NCBI RefSeq assembly: GCF_001194135.2
Contig: NC_068981.1
Span: forward strand, 135,116,458-135,180,457
Source of the DNA: Octopus bimaculoides
Taxonomy: Eukaryota
Reading direction: 5' to 3'
DNA: 64,000 bases
Positions within the stretch are counted from its first letter, which is position 1; each line of letters opens with the position of its first letter. Positions 37,161-49,950 of the stretch are shown one piece after another. Both the position numbers and the translations under genes were made by a program. A model generated the notes under the pieces. The model did no database searches. It had not been told where the DNA came from and saw only the letters and a list, made by a program, of their open reading frames with translations.

Positions 37161-40100
37161 GGAGAGAGAGAGAGACTCCTCGGAGTTGAGGGAACTGAAT
37201 TTGCTTGATAACAGATGTTAGGAGCTGAATAAATAAAACAATTCTGTTAGAATATTTAATGGACAATAGAACAATATCTCTGCAAAATAACTTCAAGATT
37301 TACTTAGATTCACTCTGTTACCCAAATATCAGATTTAAAGAAACAGATCCGAAAAATATGTACAAATGAAAACATTTTAATATATACATATATATTTAGA
37401 CTTAGCTGGATAACACAAGTGAAAATAGTTTTTCACCCTTAGTTCATCAACACTTTCTAAAGGGTTTCTTATTCAACAGAAGAGGAAAAAAAAAAAAAAA
37501 AAAAATCTCCATTCTCACCCAACCCACTTTTCCAAATATTCATCACCCACACCAAATTAATTTTTTTAATTTTTGTTTTATTTTTTAATTTTTTTTTTTC
37601 AATGTCTTTAGTAAGATGGCAGTCATAAAATAAAGCTAACTTTTATATACATATATAATATTCAGCTTCACTTAAACCAAAAGATTTTTTTTCATTTCAA
37701 TTCACCAAACTATATACAAATGCTTTTATATAAACAATGGTTTACAATAATGTGCTATTAATATTCAAAAGCTTCAGTTTTACAATATTGTATTATAGTT
37801 GTTAGTAATGATCAAGAAAAATAGCCTTTAATACCACATAGCTATTCAATAATTAACAGTTTTCTGCAAACCCGGATGTCAACTGTTGAGACACTTTCAT
37901 CTTTTAAAAGACAAAATCTCAGATAAAACTATGCTAAACTACTTTTGGTATCTAGGTCTTTGTATCCAGTAACTTGCATGTAACAAGCCCAAGTTGTGAT
38001 ACAATTGTGTGTTTAATACTTGAAGGGGCTATGGTTAAGAAACACTGGGACTACTAAGGGAACCAATAAACGAGATTAAAAAGAAGCAGTGGTTTAAGAA
38101 ATACTGCAATAGCTACTACAGGAAAAAAAAAATCTTTACAGGCACTTGAAATCCATCCTCACAACATGGTAGCACTGCCAGTGAATATGATCATTTTGAG
38201 GCAGATGTATATCAGGAGAAAATAATTTCTCAAACAAGCAAAGTTGACTGGTAGCTAGGCCTGTAAAATTAACTTTGCTTAAAACAGGGTGAGTAAAGTA
38301 AAGATATTTGGGTTTTTTTTTATTTGTTTGGATTTTTTTGGTTTTGGTAATTTTGGAATCTGGGAAATGTAGTGATATACCTAGCTAAAGTACCCTGGAG
38401 AGGCTGAGTCTCAATATGGCTGCTTAAATTGCTGAAATAGCAGCCAAATCTCCCTCAAATTACACCCCACTGTCTTGGGGAAAGCAAAAGACACTGGATA
38501 AATGTGGTCCTGCCCCTAAAAAGACATGTAGTCATAGCTGTAAAGCCATTAATATCAGGGTTGATCTGGTGCTGAACAACTCTGGAGAGAGTGTCTATGC
38601 ATTTTGATATGCATTAAACATAAATGGGAGGGAGGGAGCAGGGAACAAAACAATGTGGAAAGAAAAATATTGCTACTAGTACAACTACTAACAAAATGCT
38701 CTTTAAGCTTATGAAATCTAACTTAAAAACTGCAGTATGTTTTAAAGTTATTTTTCATATTTCTAATGCAACATCTATGAATGTAGATGTTAACTAGTTT
38801 ATGTTGGGTATAAATTAAATAAACTCAAAGAAAAAAATAATTATAGAAATTAACCTCAATAAATCAAATAATTGTCTTCATAGGCCAAGCACAATAGCAA
38901 AAATATTTTTCTTTTTATTTTCCCTTTTTTAAAATTAAATAAGCATATTCATAAACCCACCTTTCAAAAAAGATGTTTCAACTAACAATCAAAAAAATTT
39001 AGTCACACTTTGTTTTCTTTCCTTTTTACCTCAAATAGGACTAAATTTGTTGTTAAAAACCTATTATAACAGGTTTGTTTCTCTGAACTCCACAACACAA
39101 GCATACATTTGCGAGATCTATCACATAGTAATAATACAGGTGAGGTACTCATCCAGAGATGCCAAGAGGTTATCATTTTATATTACTTTCTAGTTTTGTT
39201 AGATTTCTAAATTTTTTGTTTTGGATGAAACCAGGTCTTTATTGGCTGGGTGACATGAAAGGAGTAAAGGGGAATTTAGAGATAAAGTAGGAAGGGAGGA
39301 TTATTGTTCAAATATCAATTGTAAATGTACAAATGGAAAGACCTGTACCAATTCACCTCTAGTTCTTAAAATTTGCAGACAGTCGGTACTTTAGCCACAG
39401 CCCAATCTATAGACATTTTTTGTCCTTAAATTCTAAAACAGTTGAGGAAATTCTCCGCCACAAATATTGTTGGTGCCAACTGGATCCAGTTACTTTAGTG
39501 ATATTTTTTTTTTCAGTTTTATTTTTGAAAAACAACTGTCAGAACAAAAAAATATATGTATGCACATGTATTTCACATTAAGTGCATAAAAAAGTGATGT
39601 GAGAAGAGGATTTTTCTTAACACAATATTTTCAAGAATCATTCTAAAAAAAAAAAAGTTTAAAAAAAAAAACTCCTTGCCTTTAAAGCATCAATGATGAA
39701 ACTGGGATTGAGAGGCAATACATTGTCAATAGATAACATTGGTTTCCTTTGAAAAAGAATATTAATATTAAAGCCACTCCAATAGTCATCAAGTAAATAT
39801 GGCTCATCCTTTAATCCTATGCAATGTTTAGTGAAGAAGTCCTGCATTGCAGATCTGTTTTTGTACTTTGTTTTTATAACTTCTGGCTGCTGATAGAGAT
39901 ACTGTATAACTAGCAAAGAATAAATGGTTATGGCAAAGAACTTGGATGCCATTCTAATAGCTAGATGGGGTAGGGAAGAAAGTAGGAAGAGAAAGGCAAC
40001 AAGCATTGACAGCCAGCCATAAAAGAAACAGGACTGCAATAACCAGAATTACTTTAAAAAGGCATCCGAATCCGAGATTTGTATTTCATGCCATAAGTCC

Positions 40101-40550
40101 ATAATCAAAAGCATGTTCTTTTTGTCTATTTCAGACAAGCAACATATATAATATATAATATATATATATGTATGTATATATNNNNNNNNNNCTTTTTTTT
40201 CCTTATCATTTAACAGATATTTAAAATGAAATATCATTGACTCATTATTCTATAGTTAATGTATCCACAGAGAAACTAGAAGTTTTAAACCATCTCACTA
40301 CTCCATTGATCCAGCAGTTTAATTTCCAGGAACCTGGACCAAGTAAATTGGAAATCTTCAGGAATAATAAGGACAAGGATGTTGAGGCTAAAGAAATAGA
40401 CAGGCAGATAGCTCTGTAAATAAAAGAATAAAATAAACATATCTCTCAAGAGAGATAAAACATTTCAACTGTAACTGGATTAGGAACTGGAAAGAAGTAG
40501 GGTTATATACTGAGAAAGGGCAATCAACTGAATCTTGTTTAACACTAATA

Positions 40551-40952
40551 TCATTTTGAAGTCCTCTCTCGGTCTGTTTTTCTCCTCTGGCGTTCACGGT
40601 TCTCTTTTGCTGGCCTTCTTCCGGGAAAGAATCGCTGCTCCTTTGGTTCCAAGTCTTTACGCAAGAGTTCTTTAGGTGAAAGCTGTGAATGAGCAGAGGC
40701 TTGAGATTGTTCTTTAAGGGCTTGACTACGGAGTGTTCCTGCAGAACCAGTTTGTTGCATAAGATTATTGTTTGTTGTTTTACAAACAGAGTCATTAGGG
40801 GATTGCTGTTGTGACATTTGATGTGACACTTGAGATACACAACTTGTGTTCTTGTCTGAAGATCCAATGGACGTAGTAGCAACTTCTGAACTAGGTTCAC
40901 GTTTCCGTGCAACCATCTGTGCATAACTCAATCTTGATGTCGACTTTTCCTC
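40551..40952 (-). CDS. LARP4: LARP4 terminal coding exon EEKSTSRLSYAQMVARK...RERTSK*
   Basis: Acceptor tattccag; 402 nt, phase 0, stop TGA at 40553-40551. LSYAQM resembles the LARP4 LSYAEV motif. Confidence 0.85.
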   Translation of the reverse strand, partial: EEKSTSRLSYAQMVARKREPSSEVATTSIGSSDKNTSCVSQVSHQMSQQQSPNDSVCKTTNNNLMQQTGSAGTLRSQALKEQSQASAHSQLSPKELLRKDLEPKEQRFFPGRRPAKENRERQRRKTDRERTSK

Positions 40953-41285
40953 CTGGAATATAAAAAACGGTCAATGAGTAACAAAGACAAACAACACAGA
41001 CTAATTTAGTATTGTAGGTTCCCAAATGGAAAAACACCTCGTCAATTTTATACAATGTAAAATAACCCACAAGTAGCGTAAGTCCTCTAAGGATCTTAAA
41101 TGGCAAAGTTCAGAATCTTAATAAATTTGCACTTCTTAACATTTAGAAACCTAAATATAATAGGAGACTAAACATGAAACAAAGAAATAATTTCTTCAAG
41201 AAAACTACATAGCAACAAGCATTATTTAATAGCTAAAACAGTTTATAACTGAAAATTAGCATTATATTGAAGGCTAAATACTCAC

Positions 41286-41745
41286 AGTAGATACAAGTTT
41301 TGTAGTTTGTGTATTTGTAGCAATTACTGTGGCACTAGCCACACTCCCTGCACTAGGAGAACCAGAAGAGGTAGCGGGTGCACTAGTGGTCATAACAGGT
41401 AGAGTAGAAGACTGTGCAGCTCTATGGTGACCCTGCTGAGATGAAACTGCTACACTATGGCTTAATGATGTTGACGGTAAAGACGACGGCGGCAAACATG
41501 GAGGCGTGTTGCTCGGGGCATTATTGTGGGCTGGCAGAGTGGGAGGAACAGCTCCCATGCTGGATTCTTTCAGATTTGCAGTAACAGCAGTCGTAAGAGT
41601 TGTGGAGGCAGCAGTAGCAGATAGATGTGGAGCACATCCAGCTGATTGCATGAGAGAATTTGCATGAGGCTCTGAAGACTTTGCATTGTCTGCATAAATT
41701 CCAGTATTTAGCTTAGTGGTTGCACTTGCATTTGAAGAAGTAATC
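41286..41745 (-). CDS. LARP4: LARP4 S/T/A/P-rich exon
   Basis: Acceptor tttctgcag and donor gtgagt; 460 nt, phase 2 to 0, containing most of ORF 41274-41651. Confidence 0.83.
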
Positions 41746-41850
41746 CTGCAGAAACAAAAGAGCCATATTAAAACGATTCATTTATTACAAGCACACACAC
41801 AATACGAAAAATCAGATACAAAATGTTTCTGTATGAAAAGAAATACTAAC

Positions 41851-42263
41851 TTTGTTGGAGCAATAGGCTGGCTAATAGCGGCAGGTACAGGAGGTGTTGA
41901 AATACAGGTTGATGGAGTTGAGACTGAAGCACTTAATGGCAATGTTGGGGTGACAGCTGGAGCAACAGTCAGAGTAGTAGTGCAGCTGACAGCAGTAGCT
42001 GGTGTCAACAGAGGAGCTGCAACTGCAGAAGATGTATCTTTGTTTACCGGTGATTGTGCTGGAAGCTGGTTTGAAATAGCTACTTCAGCAACAGTATTCA
42101 GTGAAGATACAACAACTGCATTATTGGTATTGGTGGTACCAGGGGAAGATGTGGCAGTCACCATAGGAGCAGTGATCACAGATTCTTTAACCAATGGCTT
42201 AGCAGTACCCCGCACTACATCTGACAATTTATTCTCAAATTTTTCTCCTGATGCTGCATTATT
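41851..42263 (-). CDS. LARP4: LARP4 exon NNAASGEKFENKLSDVVRG...QPIAPTK
   Basis: Acceptor ttttaccag and donor gttagt; 413 nt, phase 0 to 2, within ORF 41778-42305. ENKLSDVVRG resembles vertebrate ENRMSDVVKG. Confidence 0.85.
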
Positions 42264-42439
42264 CTGGTAAAAGATAAAGCATTTAATTTGATGAAACAAA
42301 ACCATTTAAAATAAGAAAAATGCAGAATGTAAATTTCATAAATTCTATACATTATTTCAACTTTTCATCACTCCACTTCTAGCTAATGTACAATTTCAAC
42401 AAAGCTTTATAATATTGTGTGTTTAGTAAACATGGTCAA

Positions 42440-43690
42440 AGATTACAACACCAATCACTATTCCTGATTTTCACAGAAAACACTGGCCCACAACACAATT
42501 TACCTCCTGATGCTCAACCATTGGACTATTTTTTAATTTTTATCAGAGAGTTTTTTTTGAAAATGTTGCAGAGAAAACAAACAAATATGCACAACGTTTA
42601 ATTTCTATTCACGGAAGAAACGATCCACTATGGCAACCAACTTATACTGAGGAAATGAGAGCGTTTTTCACAATATCATGTTTGGTGTTAATCAGCATCC
42701 TTGACTGTGGAACTACTGGAGTCTTGATATAAGGTATGGCGATCCATATATCTCAAGTATAACATCGAACACGAGGTATTCGAAAATATCTCAGTACTTG
42801 CATTTAAACTGATTCTGCTAATGCCCCCAGCAAAAATGACCCAAACTACGATCCCCTGTACAAAGTATGTCCTGTAATTGATTTACTTGTTAATAATTAT
42901 AAAACTGTGTATCTACCTGGGAAAAATCTCAGTGTAGATGAAACCATGATAGGCTTTAAGGGCATGCCTGCCAAACCTACTAAATGGGGGTATGGGAAGT
43001 TTGTGAATCAGAGACTGGATATTGTGTAAAAAATATAATAGAAACAGACCGCATGGATTGGGACATGATGTTGTATGGTCTCTTACCATTTTACAAATGC
43101 AAAAAAAAACCCCAAAAAACATTTTAGTTACAGCTTTCAAAGATAAAAGACAGATTTTATTTTGTCTTCTAATGAACAACCTGGTGCTGGAACTGAGGAG
43201 AAACCCCTAGTGAATATTTGTTACAGCAAATATATGGGTGGGGTTGATAAATCTGACCAATATTGAGCATATTACCCAGTTGGTCAACCTGGGAAGAAAT
43301 GGAGGTACATTTTGTGGTTTTTAGTTAATTTAACTATAGTAAATTCATATATTGTATATGTAAAAAGCCACAAAGTACCTCTGCCACTAAAGGACTACGA
43401 CCACTTGAAATTTTGGGTTGACATCACATCTCAATTATGTGAGGGCTTTTCTTCTAGAAAGCACAGAACTGGGAGAAAAGCAAAATTAACTGAGGGAGAA
43501 AATATTGACTTTCATAAAGTCAAAAAGATAAATAGAAGGAAAAAAGTTTGCAGACTGTGTTTGCTGCAAAAAAGAAAAATTGCAAAAGGGTATCAGACTG
43601 AGACTTCGTATATGTGTTCCTTTTGCAAAGTGCACTTGGACAGTTTCATGACAGAAATATGTCATAACTATATAATTTTGTATAAATAAT
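42440..43690 (+). pseudogene. Decayed piggyBac (PGBD4-like) transposase, antisense within a LARP4 intron
   Basis: Colinear fragments: FTENTGPQHNLPPDAQPLDYF; YDPLYKVCPVIDLLVNNYKTVYLPGKNLSVDETMIGFKG; MPAKPTKWG; YSKYMGGVDKSDQY; KKWRYILWFLVNLTIVNSYIVY; C-terminal CRLC...CSFC. It carries frameshifts, stops and a large internal deletion. Confidence 0.88.
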
Positions 43691-43857
43691 ATGTGAAAGT
43701 GAGAAATACATATTGATTTTCAGTATGTTACACATCTATATTTGTCTCACCTATTAATGAATTTTTTTTTATTAGATGCATTCTGTTATGAAAAAGAATT
43801 TGTTCAATTGTAAAAGAGCACATAGTGAATGGTATATTGACTAGTAAAAGAATTTTG

Positions 43858-44310
43858 GGATCTAGTTCAAAACGGGGGCGCCAGTATTTTCTTAATGAAA
43901 CACTTTGAAACTTGGGACACTGGTAGAATGTGTCATATAAAACATCTTTTTCTCTTAGTCTTCTTAAGAAAAATTATTATATTGCAACTTATTTCATGTT
44001 AANNNNNNNNNNGAAGGAAAACGAACATACGTGTGTTGCCTCTCTGCAAAATGTCAGAAGTAATGGAGATTAAATACGCTTTACACCGCTTAAACTGCCA
44101 AAGGAGTAACTGTAAACAGCTGAATACTTGTCAGTGATTGGTTGAAATTATCGAAACGACAATTTTTTACATGAAATAACTTTGAATACAAAATTTTTTT
44201 TGTTCTATAACACAAAATAGATAAGTATACGAAGTTTGAGAGTCTTTCGGTACCAAAAACACTACATAAAACATAAATGAAAACTGGTGCCCCCGTTTTG
44301 AACTAGATCC
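43858..44310. mobile_element. Non-autonomous DNA transposon (MITE) with 28-bp TIRs and a perfect 8-bp TSD; Merlin-like by its GG termini
   Basis: TIR ggatctagttcaaaacgggggc(g/a)ccagt matches at 27/28. GAATTTTG lies at both 43850-43857 and 44311-44318. A 10-N gap is internal. The superfamily assignment is inference. Confidence 0.85.
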
Positions 44311-44806
44311 GAATTTTGTACTTTATTTTCAATGAAAACGTTTGAAGGAAATATAGAAAAAGAATAAAATCTTGTACCAATTACACCTGTCTTTTAATTA
44401 ATTCAAATTAATGTACCTCATCTTGAAAAGTGTAAAATTGTTGACAGTTGACATCTGGGATAATTTTAGTAACAAATCAAACAGGTAAGATGTATTAAGA
44501 ATATGAATATGTTTATTCATAATGCTATTGTTTTTACACCTGCTAAATTTACCTGCCCATAAAAGTCAAATTTAGTCAGAAAGATCAGCTAAAATTATGT
44601 AACTAAAACCACTGGCATATAACCAGCCATTTACAAAATTTCAAATCTGTATGTAGAAAATTAACAAAGTTACAAGCAAATATTGTGGACACCCCACTTG
44701 AACCTGAATAAATCAAAATTAAAGTAAACAGATAAGCATTACATTTGACAAATTAATTTTAACAATAAAGGGTTAAATGGTCAAAACTGTGTAGCTGTTC
44801 ACTTAC

Positions 44807-44902
44807 TTGTGATCCTGGTAATGGTGGGAACGAATTAGACTCAAATTCAAATAATGGCTCGGTAAATTTGTTATTGGTAGATAATTGTGATGAGGTTTGG
44901 CG
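44807..44902 (-). CDS. LARP4: LARP4 exon RQTSSQLSTNNKFTEPLFEFESNSFPPLPGSQ
   Basis: Acceptor gttttttag and donor gtaagt; 96 nt. F.....NSFPPLPG matches the LARP4 FPPLPG motif. Confidence 0.88.
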
Positions 44903-45008
44903 CTAAAAAACAGAAAGGAAAATGATTTTTTTTTTAAATTTAAAATACTAATGATTTATATTAAAATATTTTATTACAAAGTACAAAAGTAATACAAAAT
45001 ACACTCAC

Positions 45009-45060
45009 AGATAATTTAGAATTATCGTCCTCTCTTTTTCTCCGGTTTTTATAAATTTTC
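45009..45060 (-). CDS. LARP4: LARP4 small exon (R)KIYKNRRKREDDNSKLS
   Basis: Acceptor catttacag and donor gtgagt; 52 nt, phase 2 to 0, needed to bridge the flanking exon phases. Confidence 0.78.
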
Positions 45061-45337
45061 CTGTAAATGTACAAAAGGGGGTATGAATTAATGATATAAA
45101 ATATAGGGGATTTTGGAACAATGACTCACACAAGGTCATAAGTTCTAATGCCAAACTACAAATAATATCCCAAATTTTCTTGGTATTAACTTTAGAAGAT
45201 ACGACAATAATAAAAACAAAAAATGATAATATGGAGTGCTGTTTCCCTATAGAGTTCAATCTATTATATCAATTTAGGAAACCAAATAACCAAAGTATAT
45301 AACATAATGAGGGAAACAATAATCTCTGGTGCCATAC

Positions 45338-45673
45338 CTCTGTGGTTGTGGGGCTGTAGAATCTTTACTAGAATCTGATAAGTGGCTGATAGGCATTGAA
45401 GAACTGGAGTCTACATTGGTAGATGAGTGAGTAGTAGTAGTAGTAGTTGTAGCACTACCCCCGGTTGTGCTAGAATGATGATGGTGGGCTGTATGACTGT
45501 GATGACAATTGTCAACACCTTTCCGGTTGGGAAACAAAGGTGGTGTCACATGGGTATTTTCTGTACTCCTTGGACTGGACCGATGAGCATTTGGATTCTG
45601 GTGACGATCATGAGGTAACCGACTATCGCTACTGGCTCTCTCTTGATTAAGACGATTTGGCTTTGCAGTACGA
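45338..45673 (-). CDS. LARP4: LARP4 low-complexity exon (R/H/S/T-rich)
   Basis: Acceptor ctcccttag and donor gtatgg; 336 nt, phase 2 to 2, open frame overlapping ORF 45274-45549. Confidence 0.8.
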
Positions 45674-47364
45674 CTAAGGGAGGAGGAAAAAATTTAACCT
45701 GATAAATGCTGTGATTGATAATTTCATTTTAAATTTGTCTCTGCCTATATATATTTGTCTTATGTAAGAATGCAGTTGGGGGAAAAAAGCGCTACATTAG
45801 TGGACATTCACTGGAATTTAGGAGTGTACTCACTGAGAGGAATTATTAAAAACTAAATATCCACTTTTCTAAAAATCTTATTAAGTATTTAGTATTGCAA
45901 TTCTGGGAGTTAACTATTAGTTCATGTTAGTTTTGACTGTATTAAAGGAAGAAGCTATTTCAACAATGTATTGTATCAAGTTTGTATGTACATGTGTGTG
46001 TGTGTGTGTGTGAAACAAATGTAAAGTAATTGGATTTATTCAGATTTGAATTAACAATGCATCTCATAGATTTGAGACTTTGCTGATGTGACTATTTTTA
46101 GAATGACATTGTAGGGTTGGTGTGAAAGGCCAGATATGGCAAGTATCAACATAAAACAGGCAGAATATTTGGACCAGATATGGCCAGTTTGAATGCTAAA
46201 TGGTTAAATTAGTTTAGAAAACGCTAATAACAGTCTGGATGATTTAGACTGTCATAACTATCTTTAAAAACGAAGATGTTAATTTAGTCCTAGATTACAA
46301 TGGATTATTGTGGCTTGAAAGGTCTTGCATGATTGGGACTGGCTTAGGGGCTTAAACAAAAAAGGAAAAAGTTAGCAATGCTGAAAGGACAAAAAATACA
46401 GAAACTATATTGGGTGTGTGTGCGGATTGAACTTGTAACCATACGCTCAATCCAACAATCTACCGTGCCTCCAGTGATAACAATACATTTAAATCTAACC
46501 ATGATAATAAGCTGGGTGTCTAGTTCTCTCTCCACAACCATATACAGCAGTTTCCACACTAATATATAGTGTCACAGTAGATAATGTGTTTCAATTTTAT
46601 CAATGGTTTCTAAAGAAAATAGTCCATAAACCTTAAAGAGTAAGTTTGTTGAGATTATAAACACTGATCTACTCAGCACTACAGAAATTGAGTTCAATAA
46701 TGTAGCACATATCTAGACATAGTCCATAAGCTTTATTCAATACACTTCTGTCCTAGATATCATTTTCAAACCAAGTTCTGGTTACACAAGAGTTTAATCA
46801 TTTATACAGAAAATTTACTATCTTGGTAATTGCAACAGAACCATCACGAAATATGGGAATAGTTTACATTAACTGCACAATGTATATTCTAATAATTAAT
46901 CCCTTCTCCAGTTTTACTCTGAAAACGTATAACATTTATGTGGATAAATGACAAACATTACTACTGTTATGCCTAAATGTTAACATTCATTAAGTAGGGT
47001 CAGGATTGACAACAGCTCTACAAGTTATAGAAGTTAAATGTGTCACACTCATCAAATAAAGCACAATCTACTTGCTTCAATTTCTAAAGCTGAAAACTAA
47101 GTAGCCCTCCATATTAGGCCAATCTCAGAAAAAATACAATCCTCTTCTTAAGTGAGTTAAAATTTTAAAATTTACATGCAGTGGAAATAAAAATAACAAA
47201 CTGCTAATAAAGCTCTACAGGCAAAATTGAAACTAGATGCAATTATCATTACTACATAAGAGTGAATCCTCATTTTGTGCTGCTAAAATGCAATTTAAGA
47301 ACTAAAGATAGCGGACATATTTATACTTTAACTATAATTTTCATTATGAGTAGATAATACTTAC

Positions 47365-47447
47365 CCAACACGCATATTTGGAAATTGATGTCTACCAGGA
47401 GTGTTTAGTTTGACACCTGTTGCTTGGTATCCATTCATTGCAAATAC
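47365..47447 (-). CDS. LARP4: LARP4 exon VFAMNGYQATGVKLNTPGRHQFPNMRVG
   Basis: Acceptor tttcttaag and donor gtaagt; 83 nt, phase 0 to 2. Confidence 0.8.
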
Positions 47448-47596
47448 CTTAAGAAATGAAAATAATTCTTAAAGAAAATAAATTCTAGAAATATAGATAA
47501 AATTTAAGTAACCAATGAATAAAGATAAAACACAACGATTAGCAGTAGAAATTTATTTGAAGCCATGATAGATAAAAGTTTTAAAAAGATTTTTAC

Positions 47597-47659
47597 CATG
47601 CTAGGATCCATTATGGTGTGACCAGCTGGTGGCCAAGAAGGCATGACAGGATAATATAA
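47597..47659 (-). CDS. LARP4: LARP4 exon LYYPVMPSWPPAGHTIMDPSM
   Basis: Acceptor ccttttatag and donor gtaaaa; 63 nt, phase 0 to 0, in frame. Confidence 0.8.
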
Positions 47660-49132
47660 CTATAAAAGGAAAGAAGAAAAAAAAAAGCCATTAAGCAAGA
47701 AACAATCATGAAGAATTCTCCCCACTTGCTTCAATAGTGAAGCTTTCTGTAACTCTTTGACTGACTTCCCTTCGAAACCACCACTTCCTCACCTCTAGCA
47801 CTACAAGCATGACCTGAGCTGCAAGTTGAAACACTTGCAAGATTATAATGGACTAATCCCAATTATGCATGGATAATCTCCTGAATTTAAAATTTCACTA
47901 AAGAATTTTCCTTGTCATTAAAAATTGATTTTTTCCTCTCATTTTGGTATTTATATAGAGCAGTATTTCTCAACAATCTTTATGCCATGCTCCACTTCAA
48001 TAGGGGAAGAAAAGCAACCATGATGAATGAATGAATGAGGGAGAGAGATAGGAGAGAAGAGAGAGTGGGGGGGGGCATATTGTGAAGAAAAGTTCTGATT
48101 AAAACTAAGTTTTATTCACTCATTACTTTGGCTCCATTCTAAAGTAACTCATACTACACCAAAATATTGCCATAACCCACCTTCAGAAACACTGATCTAG
48201 AATTAGTTGTCATTCTGAGTACAATCTCAGTATCCAGCACACTGGGCAGGTTTCTCTCACCATGACCTTAGGCTGACCAATACCTTGTAGGTGGAATTTG
48301 GCAGAGAAACTAAGGAAGCTTCTCATATATGAATATATAAATATGCATGCTGATTTGCATTGCTAGTGGATAGAAATATGAAGAAAACTGGAGCATCAAA
48401 TTAGACATTCCTTACTATTAAAAGTGCAGTGGAAGTAGTGATCAGCATGTTGGGAATCTGTAACCAACAACACTGTTGTCACAAATTCAGATTTAAAAAA
48501 AAAACTAAATAGAATAAGAGAACAAAATTATTTTTACAGCATATACTGCAGAATTAAAACACTGGGAATTTTAGCCACAAATGTCATACCTGCCCCAAAA
48601 GAATCCTTCCCTTCACAAATGGATTGTGAACTAGATTGAATTCATGAATCTCAAAAAGGTTCTGTGAAAGGTGCATCTCCTTCTTCAAGACACACACACA
48701 CACACACATACTCAAAAACTACTACAATATTGAGATGAAAGAAAACCAAGTTATACACACTGAAATATTTATCAGTTTTTAGCCTCTTATTTGATGGCTT
48801 TTTTTTTTTTTTTTTTTTTTTTGCATAAAAAAAATTTCGCTTATCTATACAAGTTTCATTTCTGAGAATCAATGACAACGTAATCACTACTCAGATTTTT
48901 TTAATAAATTTGGTTTATAGTCTTTACTTGGCAATATAAAGGAAACGTCAAATCATATTTTGCATTATGTGCTGATTAATAAATAATGATAATGTAAAGC
49001 TGAAATTCCTGCAGCATAGTTTCAAAGCCTGTCAATATAATGCATTACATTATATTTCATTTTAAATCCTTTTTAACTTACAAAGTATACTTTAAAATCA
49101 AAATACATTTTTCAGAATTGTGACATACTTAC

Positions 49133-49267
49133 TTGCTGAAAATTTAAATTTGGTACATATGCAGCATATCTTTGTGTTGAATTGTAAGCTTGCTGTTCAA
49201 ACTGCGGTTTTAACCCATTTCTCGGTACATATGTTGACCGTATTAAGGGTTTAGCTTTTATTCGAGC
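49133..49267 (-). CDS. LARP4: LARP4 exon ARIKAKPLIRSTYVPRNG...NLNFQQ
   Basis: Acceptor gtgaacag and donor gtaagt; 135 nt, phase 0 to 0. ARIKAK completes the RRM. Confidence 0.9.
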
Positions 49268-49950
49268 CTGTTCACAATACAAAATTCAACAGTTTAATAT
49301 GATGATATGCAAAATACAAGTGCATAACTCTTCTTAATATTTTTCCTACACAAATATATATCAAGAATAATGGCTGAGGCAAGGATGGTTTGACACTGGT
49401 TATGTGAACACAATGAGTCTGTACCATAGTGAGAAACAAATAATTCCGGAAACTGCAAAAACAAAAATTTGCAGGATAAAAAAAAATTCACCAAAACTAT
49501 CCTGAAATAATCAGTTGCAGAATTGATGACAGAAAAAATTGATAAAGATAGTGCAATTCCTATTAGGCTCACCCCATAAAGTGAAGTCGTTGTACTGATC
49601 AAATAGGTCATAAGATTGTTTTTATCTAAATGACCTAATTAGTATTGGGGGTTGTTGGAGTGGAGATATATCTAAAATAAAGAAATGGAGGGGTTTCAGA
49701 CTAAATACCTCTGCTAATGAAGAAAGTTACTTTAAATGAAAGGTAAGGACAGAAATTAACATTACAACTAGTAGTAGTAGTAGTAGTAGAAGAAGAAGAG
49801 AACATGGTGTGAATGAAGGTAAGTAGTGTAATCTGATTTGGTTCAATCTAAGGAGATAGGTAGAAGTTGCTTTTATAAACTGATCAATCTTTCAGTATGA
49901 AGCAGGTTACCAGGAAATTCTGGTACGTAAATTTGTGTCTAAACACTTAC

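Larger units (their letters stand above)
32810..40550 (-). other. Putative long 3'UTR of LARP4
   Basis: Non-coding, U-rich on the sense strand and free of the SINE families seen elsewhere. An AATAAA lies on - at 32830-32835. The extent is inferred, with no transcript evidence. Confidence 0.45.

Noticed and set aside
39659-40039. 126-aa minus-strand ORF with a hydrophobic N-terminus inside the LARP4 3'UTR
   Set aside because: No recognisable motif, it ends in a poly-U run (FFF), and U-rich sequence readily gives hydrophobic ORFs. No splice link to the CDS.
40388-40924. 178-aa alternative-frame ORF overlapping the last LARP4 exon
   Set aside because: An in-frame TGA lies between the exon acceptor and its ATG, so it cannot be reached by a phase-shifted splice at 40952. 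It is best explained as a shadow ORF.
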